From the IMG/VR virus record IMGVR_UViG_3300020183_000007, positions 64,001 to 128,000 of that record: 64,000 nt of DNA. The stretch is one strand, 5' to 3'. The notes beneath the pieces were generated by a model. It was not told the origin of the DNA. It searched no databases and saw nothing but the letters and a program-made list of their open reading frames with translations. This document shows, piece by piece, positions 20,659-29,410 of this stretch (its first letter is position 1; each line of letters starts with the position of its first letter). The translations under genes and the position numbers were made by a program. Source of the stretch: a virus.

Positions 20659-23600
20659 TTACTGCCCTCCATAAAGATGATTATATTTATTGTTTCCCAT
20701 TTTTGTATGTCCAATTTTATTTCTATCTAGATTTCCGACAACACCAGCAGTAACCAATGGATCCCTCCTGGAGGAAGGCAACGAAGTCATGGAAGCAGTG
20801 TAGGTATTCGTAACACTATTTTGATTATAGTTTTCTAATGGTTGCCGTTCAAGTGTTTCGTTATATAAATCTCTTTCTTCTTTTTTTCTAAACAGATAGT
20901 AACCACCAGCCATGGCTGCTGCACCCATAGCAATCAAACCAGCGTGTGGTTTTATGTTATTGTATATTTCAACACTTTTTGAAATATCTTGCTTTCGAGT
21001 TCCAGCTTTAATATTTTGTAAAGCTGTTCTCAGCAGGTCGTTATCACCAGCAAGTCGTTCTGCTACATCATTAGCACCCTTCAATGAAGATCTAGCAATG
21101 GCATTCATATTTCTGGTAAATGTGGTTCCAGCTGGAGCAGTGGCTCTTGCTGTAGTTTCGTCAAAGAAAAATACTCTCAATAAATCAGTAGAATCATCTA
21201 TTACATTACCAAGAATTCTATTTCCAGTATCTCTAGTTAAATCTACTCCCATGGATGAAGCATTTTGAACTAATCTAGCTATTGGGCTATCTACGCCAGT
21301 ATCTTCTATAAATCCTGCTACAACTCCTCTTTTAGCTAAAGCTTCTAATTCTGCTACTGCAGACTCTTTACTTTTTTTCTCAAAAAGAACTTTTAAGTTT
21401 TCTATTTCAGCTCGCAAACGAGAATCTGGTTCTTTTATGATATTCTTATAGTTATCTGTCTCAACAAAATCTTCATATAACTTTTCTGCTATTTTTTTTG
21501 AAGTAAGACCAGAATCATCTCTGCCCTCTTGCCAGGTTAGGTTTAACATATTGTGCACTGTATGTTGATTAGTTTTATCATCTTTTATTGCTGTTTCAAT
21601 AAAACTAAGAGACATATTAACTTTACCCTCAGCCAAAGCTTTACCCATATCGGGTATGCTTGGATCTGAAGCTAGTTCAATTGATTTAAAGTACTCATAA
21701 GGAAGAATTAGCTTCTTTCCTAAAGATGACTGAGTTTGAGATTCCATAATTCTCAAAGATGATTGGAATTTAAAGTGCGATACACCAAACTGAGAAACAA
21801 CATCACCTATCTCTTCAGATGCTCCATATCTCATTGAAGTTCTGAATTGAGATAAATATGAGTCACTTACACCAGCCTTTGGCTGGGTGCTTAAAGTCTG
21901 GAATCTTTCTCTAGCCACACCACCGGTTGCCCTTGACATCATATCGCCAAAAGCCAATTCAGTAGGACCTAAGATAGAGTTAGCCATTCCTAAACCAGAC
22001 ATTGTCTGACCATGAGAAACATATTGAGCCAATATCTCAGAAGAACTGCGTGCATTCATATTGAATCCCATAGAGAACGTTGGTGTTTTTGAGGGATTCA
22101 TTAAAGAGCGAATTTGCCCAACAACACCCCTGATTGTACCAGGTGAATCTCCGCCTATTACCCTGGGATTATCTGCAAAGTTTTCATAAAAATTACCAAC
22201 ATTGTGAATATAAGAATCCACATCTACAGGACTAATATTTGTTGGCATGCCGATTTGATCTATTAGTTCTTGTGCTATTAGAATATTTGAATTTTCTCTT
22301 CTTGTTAAACCCAAGCTCATTATTTGTTTTTCAAATGGGTTTATTCTTCTCGTAATCGAAGGAGCTGCCCCTTGTGGGGTTAAATTAATTGTTTTGTCAT
22401 ACTGTGTATCTTGAGCTCCTGTAATGACACTTCTTAAATATTCTTTTGCTTGAACCTTATCTAATTCTATTGGGCTTCCTTGTCCAGTGAAAATCTTATA
22501 CGAACCCTGATCATACTTTATAAAGCCTTTTTCAATATCTGCACCAAAATCTACACCAAAAGTCTTTTTTGCTTCCTGCGCATCAATCATAATGCTTGTG
22601 CTAGCCAGTCCCTCATCTGTTTGTATGTATCTAAGAGCTGCTTGAGACAACTGTCGCGGATCAGATATGTTTGCTTCTGGTACAATTGCTGAGGACTTTA
22701 GCGCTGTTAATCTCGCCATATCTATGATATCTTTAGATATTTTTGCACCGGGCTCTTTTGTCTTCGGATTACGAAAATCTAATTTACCCTGATGTATATA
22801 CTTCAACATGTAGTCCTGCATAATTGTGTCAGTTTCAGCTACGTGAGAACCTTCAAATATTTTTGCAAAAACCTCAGGCGCATGATCTTCGGCAGCTATT
22901 AAATCCAATAGATTTGTATTCATGATGAAGTTTTCCATAGCGGCATATGTAGCTTTTCCTCCACGAGAAATATCAGCTAAGGTTTCTTCCGCAAAAAAGC
23001 TTTTTATAAATCTATCTCCTCTAGCAATAGCATCATCAGGCGATAAACCTTCAGTTTGCTGAAATAGATTTCTCATATATTGACGACCAATTTCAAGTGT
23101 ATCTATCATGAAATTGGGATTATTATCTACTCTATCTAAAAACTTATTAACTACCAGATTAAGTGAAGCATTCTGCTTGTAGCCCCTCATTGACCTAGCT
23201 GTATCGAGCAATGTATTTATGTCATACTGAATGTTGTGTCCAGTAAGAAAATCAACTTCAGATTCATCAGAAAGATAACCAAATAATTTTGTCATCCTTT
23301 CCATAAACTCATCTTCATTACCAATAATATTTCCTAATTTGTCAAACCCTTCTTGCTCAGCTATAAACTGGCTCAAAGTTTGACTATCACTAGCCAGAAC
23401 ACCCGCAAGTCTTGGTGAGTCATACATAAAATCCATGCCTTCTTCGGCAACCTTAACCATTTTAGCTGCCTCATCCAAACCAGTTCTCTGTATCAAAGAA
23501 ACAGATCTAGCCTGAGAGCCAAACATTAGTCCAGTAGATTCAATGTCTATCGTTGCTATTTTTGAAGTTTGAGTAAAAAGACTTCCATTAGCAATAGCAG

Positions 23601-24171
23601 ATATCTGAGACATGTTTCTTTGTATCTGCGAGGAAGACATGATGTTTTGCGTATTGAATGTCATGTCAGATATAGACTCAGACATAGGGTCAACGTTAAA
23701 TATCATTTTATTTAAAACTGAAAAAACAGGATGTTCCATTTTTTGGTTTATGTCAAACATTAAACCAACTCTTACATCATTAGCACCTTCTGGTAAGGCA
23801 ATATTGGGGAAGCCAACATTTGATATTAGATCACCCAATTTAACAACCTTAGTTCTATAATTAGATATTAATTCTTGTCTTGCCTGATAATTAAAATAAG
23901 ATAAATCAATTTTACCCATTTTACGAAGATGCTCTACATCTACAACGTTTACCATTCCAGGCTTAAGCTTTTCTGGATCAGACAACATCCTGTAATACAT
24001 ATTCTCAAACTCTTTTTGTGACTGCATAAACTCATCTGCAGTCCCGTATATGCCTGTTGCTGTTTGATCATTTAAGATCACTTCGCCAATACCTTTGTTT
24101 TTCTTAAAAGGAAAGGATTGAGTACTTTTGTCGACTAATCTAGATAGTCTTTGAAAAAGCTCTTCTGACAT
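20659..24171 (-). CDS. Large protein with DEDDh 3'-5' exonuclease-like domain and C-terminal hydrophobic anchor
   Basis: IATIDIESTGL (ExoI), FLTGHNIQYD (ExoII), IDTL, HVAETDT (ExoIII); ends AGLIAMGAAAMAGGYYLFRKK. Confidence 0.65.
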   Translation of the reverse strand: MSEELFQRLSRLVDKSTQSFPFKKNKGIGEVILNDQTATGIYGTADEFMQSQKEFENMYYRMLSDPEKLKPGMVNVVDVEHLRKMGKIDLSYFNYQARQELISNYRTKVVKLGDLISNVGFPNIALPEGANDVRVGLMFDINQKMEHPVFSVLNKMIFNVDPMSESISDMTFNTQNIMSSSQIQRNMSQISAIANGSLFTQTSKIATIDIESTGLMFGSQARSVSLIQRTGLDEAAKMVKVAEEGMDFMYDSPRLAGVLASDSQTLSQFIAEQEGFDKLGNIIGNEDEFMERMTKLFGYLSDESEVDFLTGHNIQYDINTLLDTARSMRGYKQNASLNLVVNKFLDRVDNNPNFMIDTLEIGRQYMRNLFQQTEGLSPDDAIARGDRFIKSFFAEETLADISRGGKATYAAMENFIMNTNLLDLIAAEDHAPEVFAKIFEGSHVAETDTIMQDYMLKYIHQGKLDFRNPKTKEPGAKISKDIIDMARLTALKSSAIVPEANISDPRQLSQAALRYIQTDEGLASTSIMIDAQEAKKTFGVDFGADIEKGFIKYDQGSYKIFTGQGSPIELDKVQAKEYLRSVITGAQDTQYDKTINLTPQGAAPSITRRINPFEKQIMSLGLTRRENSNILIAQELIDQIGMPTNISPVDVDSYIHNVGNFYENFADNPRVIGGDSPGTIRGVVGQIRSLMNPSKTPTFSMGFNMNARSSSEILAQYVSHGQTMSGLGMANSILGPTELAFGDMMSRATGGVARERFQTLSTQPKAGVSDSYLSQFRTSMRYGASEEIGDVVSQFGVSHFKFQSSLRIMESQTQSSLGKKLILPYEYFKSIELASDPSIPDMGKALAEGKVNMSLSFIETAIKDDKTNQHTVHNMLNLTWQEGRDDSGLTSKKIAEKLYEDFVETDNYKNIIKEPDSRLRAEIENLKVLFEKKSKESAVAELEALAKRGVVAGFIEDTGVDSPIARLVQNASSMGVDLTRDTGNRILGNVIDDSTDLLRVFFFDETTARATAPAGTTFTRNMNAIARSSLKGANDVAERLAGDNDLLRTALQNIKAGTRKQDISKSVEIYNNIKPHAGLIAMGAAAMAGGYYLFRKKEERDLYNETLERQPLENYNQNSVTNTYTASMTSLPSSRRDPLVTAGVVGNLDRNKIGHTKMGNNKYNHLYGGQ

Positions 24172-24887
24172 TAGTCGATGTCCTTTGGTGAATCTATTTC
24201 AATATAATCATCTTTATCATAAATGCCCAGTTTTTGTTTAAGAACTTTTTCTCTTTGATTCTCTAAAGACTGAACTTTATAAAGTATATCTGATATAGCT
24301 TGAGCGCTATCAAGCTGAGCTTGTCCAACCTTAGCTTTAGCTTCTCTTGTGGCAAGCAGTTGATTTCTTAGATCTTTTCTACGCTTATGTAATCTGTCTT
24401 CCAGTTCTACTGCAAGGTGTAGCTCTTTTTTAAGGATTGGCTGGCCATCACTATCAACGCCAATAATATTTTCTTGCACAAAATGTTCTTTAGCAAGAAG
24501 TTTTGTTTTGCGAATATATTGAACCTCTTGATCAACAAGATCTCTAACCATAGAAACTTCAACCAAATTGTCTGGATGAACATCTAGCTGTTCCATGTAT
24601 TCCTTGGTAAATTGTGCAACTATAGACATTTCTATAGGACAGGGCTTTCCGCGTGGTGCTAGATTTTCCTTGAGGAGTGGACATGTGTCTGCAAAAGTGC
24701 ATTTATGCGCCTCACAATTCATAGGAATAGAAGAAAACATGGATGTTCTAGTTTTCTGAGGCCGGACTAATTCAACAGCCTTTTCTTTTTCTTCATCTGT
24801 CCAATTGTCAGGAAAAAACAAATCTGGACGCAGGGATTCAAAATCTTGTAAAAATTTTCCCTTGTCACTCTTTTCTATGTTGCTCAT
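24171..24887 (-). CDS. Putative terminase small subunit
   Basis: 238 aa; Cys cluster (CPIE) followed by long helices; packaging-module context; no definitive motif. Confidence 0.4.
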   Translation of the reverse strand: MSNIEKSDKGKFLQDFESLRPDLFFPDNWTDEEKEKAVELVRPQKTRTSMFSSIPMNCEAHKCTFADTCPLLKENLAPRGKPCPIEMSIVAQFTKEYMEQLDVHPDNLVEVSMVRDLVDQEVQYIRKTKLLAKEHFVQENIIGVDSDGQPILKKELHLAVELEDRLHKRRKDLRNQLLATREAKAKVGQAQLDSAQAISDILYKVQSLENQREKVLKQKLGIYDKDDYIEIDSPKDID

Positions 24888-25050
24888 TTAAATCAATCCA
24901 CTCGCTATCATAGGAGCCATCAGAATGAAATCTTTCTATTGTAGCACTTTTGCAGTAAGAACAATACATGTCTCTTGTTAAATATCTTTTTGAGAAATCA
25001 AAATATTCAGTTATAACTTGAACCATGCCGTTACATCTGGGACAATTCAT
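24865..25050 (-). CDS. Zn-ribbon protein
   Basis: CPRC...CSYC. Confidence 0.6.
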   Translation of the reverse strand: MNCPRCNGMVQVITEYFDFSKRYLTRDMYCSYCKSATIERFHSDGSYDSEWIDLNEQHRKE

Positions 25051-25453
25051 CTAGAGCTTTCATTAAACCCTTCTGTAGTTTACTGGCTACTTCTGCATTT
25101 TGAATTGCATTATAGAAAATGCCAACTTCTCTAATTTCATCAGAGGTTAGATAAGGCGATATCCTGTATCTGGATCCCTTACATATTTCGCAATAAAAAT
25201 CTTTTTCCTCATTAAAACAAGTGCACTTTTCAATTAAATCAAAAAACTCTAATGAATCAGCTATTTCAAACCATTTTGACTTAAACAATTTTTTTGTCTG
25301 CTCTTTAAATGCTCTAAGCTTTTGCGGATCATTAGATAATAATGTTCCCATATCTAAAGACTGTTTCATCAAATCATTTATTGTCTTATACAAAAAATTT
25401 GCTAACTGAAAATCACCATTAACATCTGTAAACTTCTTCCAATCATTCATCAT
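25031..25453 (-). CDS. Hypothetical protein with Cys cluster
   Basis: 140 aa; CTC...CEICKG. Confidence 0.6.
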   Translation of the reverse strand: MMNDWKKFTDVNGDFQLANFLYKTINDLMKQSLDMGTLLSNDPQKLRAFKEQTKKLFKSKWFEIADSLEFFDLIEKCTCFNEEKDFYCEICKGSRYRISPYLTSDEIREVGIFYNAIQNAEVASKLQKGLMKALDELSQM

Positions 25454-25472
25454 AATTCCTAACTATTATTTT

Positions 25473-25934
25473 TTAATATCTATACATTGACTGTCTTCCA
25501 GAGGAAGCGCCTTCTCCTCTTCTGTTCATTGCTACTCCAGCTGCAACACCAAGGCCAAGACCTATGCCCAAAAGACTTCTTTTACTCATTTTCATCCCCT
25601 TAGTAGTAACCGGGGGAACCGAGGGACCGTGCATCATTCCCGTGTCAACGCCACCTAATTTTGCAGCTGCCTGTCTCATTGATGACTGCCTTGCTCTTGC
25701 TGCATCAATTCCAGCCATTCTCTTTGGTGTCATAACTGTTCTTTTTGCATCTCTTGCTGACCCCGGTGCATTCGCTGGATTAAAACCTGGCAAAAAGGGT
25801 TGTCGCGGTCTTGATGGGCCCATGGTTACTGGAACTGGCCTTCTTGCTCGTGCATTTCTTGCAGCGGCGGAATGTGGCCCGACCATTGGCCCTCTCGTGG
25901 GTGTTTCAAATCCTGGTAATTGCATTTGTGGCAT
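25473..25934 (-). CDS. Basic protein with C-terminal hydrophobic anchor
   Basis: 153 aa, Pro/Arg-rich, ends LLGIGLGLGVAAGVAMNRR. Confidence 0.55.
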   Translation of the reverse strand: MPQMQLPGFETPTRGPMVGPHSAAARNARARRPVPVTMGPSRPRQPFLPGFNPANAPGSARDAKRTVMTPKRMAGIDAARARQSSMRQAAAKLGGVDTGMMHGPSVPPVTTKGMKMSKRSLLGIGLGLGVAAGVAMNRRGEGASSGRQSMYRY

Positions 25935-25950
25935 GTCTATCGTTTTTCCT

Positions 25951-27360
25951 CTACTCTATATTTGCTTTTCTTTTTGTTGGCTTTTGAAAATCAAAAGTAA
26001 AACTATTATTAAGATAGTCAATATAAAATATAGTACCCTTTGGTATGCTGCTATTAACAATAGTTTTAGCAAGTGGTGTTTCTATAACATCACGTCTCAC
26101 CTGAGAGATGCCTCGTGCGCCTTTAACTGTATCTATCCCTTTATCTATCAGGGCATTTATAACATTGTCAGTGTAAGCAATTGATAGCCCTTTTCTGGAA
26201 AGCTTGTCAGCTATAAGGCTCATTTCCATTTCTGCTATTTTTTGACAGTTTTCATAATTCAAATGATTAAATATAACAATTTTGTCTAATCGGTTAATTA
26301 GTTCTACTTTAAAATATTTATTAATAGCCTCGTGAGCGTTTCTTTGTACAACAGATCTTGGTGGTACTTCTTTTGTTTCTCTTTTAAAAACAACATTTCT
26401 TGTGAAGCCAGCACCAGTAGAAATTATATGATCAACTGTTTTATCGTTTCCTAGATTGGTCGTTAATATAATAATACAATTTCTGAAGTTAACGCTTTCA
26501 CCTTTAGAATCTGTAACCATACCTTCATCAAATATTCTTAAGAAGGTGTTCCATATGTCAGCATGTGCTTTTTCGACTTCATCAATCAGCACAACGGTAT
26601 TTGGATTTTTCTTGATTTGGTTAGTTAATTGACCCCCATCATCATGACCTATGTAGCCCGGTGGTGAACCTAAAAGCTTTTGATTTTCATGTTTATGTTG
26701 ATATTCTCCGCAGTCTATTCTAACCATGGAGGAATTGCTGTCAAAAAGATATTTGTGCAGTGCATTAGCTAAATGGGTCTTTCCGACACCAGAACTTCCC
26801 GCAAACAAAAAGACACCCAAAGGTCTATTAGGATCATTTAGTTCAGCTTGAGATCTGAACAGCGCAGAAATAACCTCATCAATTGCTTCATCTTGACCTA
26901 TGACATTACTTTTAAGATATTGCTCTAATCCTAAAAACTTTTGCTTGTTAAGTTTTTTTATCTTAGAGGGCGCAGAACTATTTTTACTTTTATTTTCAGC
27001 TTGACGTAAAAATTTCTTAATTTGATCAATATTATAATCTTTTCCAATACCATCAGAAAATTTAGCTGGATTTGTTGAGTATGCGATATTTAACCAGTAA
27101 TCAATATCCAGGCCAGGATTTAACATAATACAGCCGGCATAAACTGCCTCTAGCGCTCTTTCTGCTGCGTCCCTAGACATCGACGCTAAAGCAGCGGCAA
27201 CATCTGTTGTTAAATTATAAACAATAAATTGTAATATTCTTTTTCTTAAGTCTTTTGCGGCTTTATTCTTCTTAACAAAGTCTTCTAAATCTTTTACTGG
27301 CAAAACTTTAAACTTAACATTAGTGCCTAGCTCAGGTATGAATATCTGATATATGTTCAT
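25951..27360 (-). CDS. ClpA/ClpB-like AAA+ ATPase (second nucleotide-binding domain only)
   Basis: VIGQDEAI, GSSGVGKT (Walker A), RIDCGEYQHKHE...GSPPGYIG, VLIDEVEKAH, ELINRLD. Confidence 0.88.
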   Translation of the reverse strand: MNIYQIFIPELGTNVKFKVLPVKDLEDFVKKNKAAKDLRKRILQFIVYNLTTDVAAALASMSRDAAERALEAVYAGCIMLNPGLDIDYWLNIAYSTNPAKFSDGIGKDYNIDQIKKFLRQAENKSKNSSAPSKIKKLNKQKFLGLEQYLKSNVIGQDEAIDEVISALFRSQAELNDPNRPLGVFLFAGSSGVGKTHLANALHKYLFDSNSSMVRIDCGEYQHKHENQKLLGSPPGYIGHDDGGQLTNQIKKNPNTVVLIDEVEKAHADIWNTFLRIFDEGMVTDSKGESVNFRNCIIILTTNLGNDKTVDHIISTGAGFTRNVVFKRETKEVPPRSVVQRNAHEAINKYFKVELINRLDKIVIFNHLNYENCQKIAEMEMSLIADKLSRKGLSIAYTDNVINALIDKGIDTVKGARGISQVRRDVIETPLAKTIVNSSIPKGTIFYIDYLNNSFTFDFQKPTKRKANIE

Positions 27361-27541
27361 CGGCTATCTCTTTCGTGGGCACGTTCTCTTATATAGAGTA
27401 TATTATTATATGTTACCATATAAGTATATAGGTATATAGTAACTATATATGTATATAGTAAAGGGGGGAAGGGGGGAAGGGGGGGTCATGGCTAGCTTAT
27501 CATACTGTGTCAAGTCAAGCCAACACATAGTGACAATATAG

Positions 27542-27703
27542 TCAATCTTTTTTTGATGAATAATCCTCTATCCACGGATGATCCTCTAGGCACGGCCCGG
27601 AAAAAGCCCAGTACCTAATAAGATCTACCGGTGTGTTAAAGCGGTTGTTTAGAAGATACAATGCTAAATGCAACTGCTCGTTAACTTTAATTTTTTTTTG
27701 CAT
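27542..27703 (-). CDS. Small hypothetical protein (53 aa)
   Basis: Manually read MQKKIKVNEQLHLALYLL...; GGAG RBS. Confidence 0.5.
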   Translation of the reverse strand: MQKKIKVNEQLHLALYLLNNRFNTPVDLIRYWAFSGPCLEDHPWIEDYSSKKD

Positions 27704-27789
27704 AACGCTCCTAATTTGTAATATAAAAACTATTGTAATATTATATCATTAGTCCTGCACATTGAGTCGGAGACATCTGTGTTTTTTTG

Positions 27790-27798
27790 TGATATAAT
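27790..27798 (+). promoter_or_regulatory. Extended -10 (TGnTATAAT) promoter for recA
   Basis: TGATATAAT 35 nt upstream of the recA ATG. Confidence 0.5.
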
Positions 27799-27833
27799 CT
27801 ATACATCATTAAGATGAAGATCGGTAGGATTTA

Positions 27834-28853
27834 ATGACAGAAGAGACAGTAGTGGCGGAAAATGAAAACGCATTGGCAAGTAAAAAAGTTTTGAAAGAGG
27901 ATTCAAAAGCTTTAGAGCTTGCAATCGCACAACTGCAGAAGCAGTATGGTTCAGGGGCAGTTATTAAACTTGGTTCCACTAATGTAAAACCTTGGGCTTC
28001 AATTCCCACTGGAGCCTTAACCCTTGACCATGCTCTTGGTATTGGTGGGTTACCACGTGGTAGAGTCGTAGAAATATTTGGTCCAGAGTCTTCAGGTAAG
28101 TCTACCATTGCTCTTACTGCTGTGGCCAAAGCTCAAAAAATAGGCCTTACATGCGCCTATATCGATGCTGAGCACGCTCTTGACCCAGTGTATATGCAGG
28201 CCGTTGGAATCGATTTGGACAACCTCTTGCTAGCTCAACCAGACTATGGCGAGCAAGGTTTTGATATTGCCGATACATTGCTGCGTACAGGTGATATTGG
28301 CCTGATTGTCATTGATTCTGTTGCGGCACTTGTTCCTAAGGCTGAGCTTGAAGGGGAAATGGAGCAACAACAGATGGGCTTACAGGCACGCATGATGGCA
28401 AAAGCTATGCGAAAGCTAACGGGATTAGCTGCTCAGCATAATACTTTAATTATTTTTGTTAATCAACTAAGAAATAAGATTGGTGTAATGTTTGGTAATC
28501 CAGAAACAACGCCTGGGGGCTTCGCTTTAAAGTATGCAGCCTCTGTTCGAATTGATGTGCGCAAGAAAGAAGATTTGAAGGACAAGCATGGTGATCCGAC
28601 TGGTATTAGAGTCAAAGCTAAAATCATCAAGAATAAAATGGCTCCGCCGATGAAGATAGTGGAATTTGATATTATGTATGCTCGGGGCATCGATGAGTTT
28701 GGTTGCATCTTCGATCTTGCAATTAATAAAGGAATTCTTAATCAAAAGGGCCCATGGGTTTACTATAATGGAGAAAACTTTTCTCAAGGGCGAGATAATG
28801 CTATTGAAAAATTAAAAAGTTCTCCAGAAATAGTGAGTATAATAAAAGGCTAA
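27834..28853 (+). CDS. recA: RecA recombinase
   Basis: IPTGALTLDHALGIGGLPRGRVVEIFGPESSGKST, YIDAEHALDP, IDSVAALVPKAE, NQLRNKIG, ETTPGGFALK. Confidence 0.97.
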   Translation: MTEETVVAENENALASKKVLKEDSKALELAIAQLQKQYGSGAVIKLGSTNVKPWASIPTGALTLDHALGIGGLPRGRVVEIFGPESSGKSTIALTAVAKAQKIGLTCAYIDAEHALDPVYMQAVGIDLDNLLLAQPDYGEQGFDIADTLLRTGDIGLIVIDSVAALVPKAELEGEMEQQQMGLQARMMAKAMRKLTGLAAQHNTLIIFVNQLRNKIGVMFGNPETTPGGFALKYAASVRIDVRKKEDLKDKHGDPTGIRVKAKIIKNKMAPPMKIVEFDIMYARGIDEFGCIFDLAINKGILNQKGPWVYYNGENFSQGRDNAIEKLKSSPEIVSIIKG

Positions 28854-28855
28854 CA

Positions 28856-29008
28856 ATGAAGTTTGAACCAACAACTTGCCCGGAATGCTCTTATCCACCT
28901 AGATTTATTGTTACCATGGGAAATGACAACGGTCAAAAAATTTTTTTTATAAAATGCAGAGATTGTGGTGATTGCTGGGAGGAAGCTGATGACTCAGATG
29001 ATAAATGA
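28856..29008 (+). CDS. Small Zn-ribbon protein (50 aa)
   Basis: Manually read; CPEC...CRDC; starts 2 nt after the recA stop. Confidence 0.6.
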   Translation: MKFEPTTCPECSYPPRFIVTMGNDNGQKIFFIKCRDCGDCWEEADDSDDK

Positions 29009-29117
29009 GGCTACCTTACAGATTGCAACGTATATGAGAGTTTTTTTGTTGTTTGATGCTGTTCGTGATATTATCGATTAATTTTAGGTACTATATTCCG
29101 TAACTAAGGGTGGTGTT

Positions 29118-29408
29118 ATGGATTTTGTTCGAAGGATACTAGATTTATTTAAAAATAAAGTTAACGTTAATTCTTCAGAGTTTTATTCGTTTGCACATTT
29201 TTTTGAGAAGGATGAATCTGAATACGTTATTACTGTCCATAGTGAACCTAATGGTTATTTGATCTTTTGTGTCTTCTCTTATGATGAGTGGACTATGGTT
29301 GTTGATATTTGTGAGTTGACGAGCCGTAATGCTTGCGATGTTGTTCGTGAACTTGCTGATGATAATGCTGTGATGAACATTGTTGTTGATCCTCGGGATA
29401 TGAGCTAG
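29118..29408 (+). CDS. Hypothetical protein
   Basis: 96 aa; GGTGGT RBS, TACTATA motif upstream. Confidence 0.55.
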   Translation: MDFVRRILDLFKNKVNVNSSEFYSFAHFFEKDESEYVITVHSEPNGYLIFCVFSYDEWTMVVDICELTSRNACDVVRELADDNAVMNIVVDPRDMS

Positions 29409-29410
29409 TT

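Noticed and set aside
244-26184. Plus-strand ORFs in the track over the virion module (e.g. 619-1083, 1680-2072, 2664-3092, 5426-6043, 25564-26184)
   Set aside because: Antisense shadows of well-supported minus-strand genes, with no RBS.
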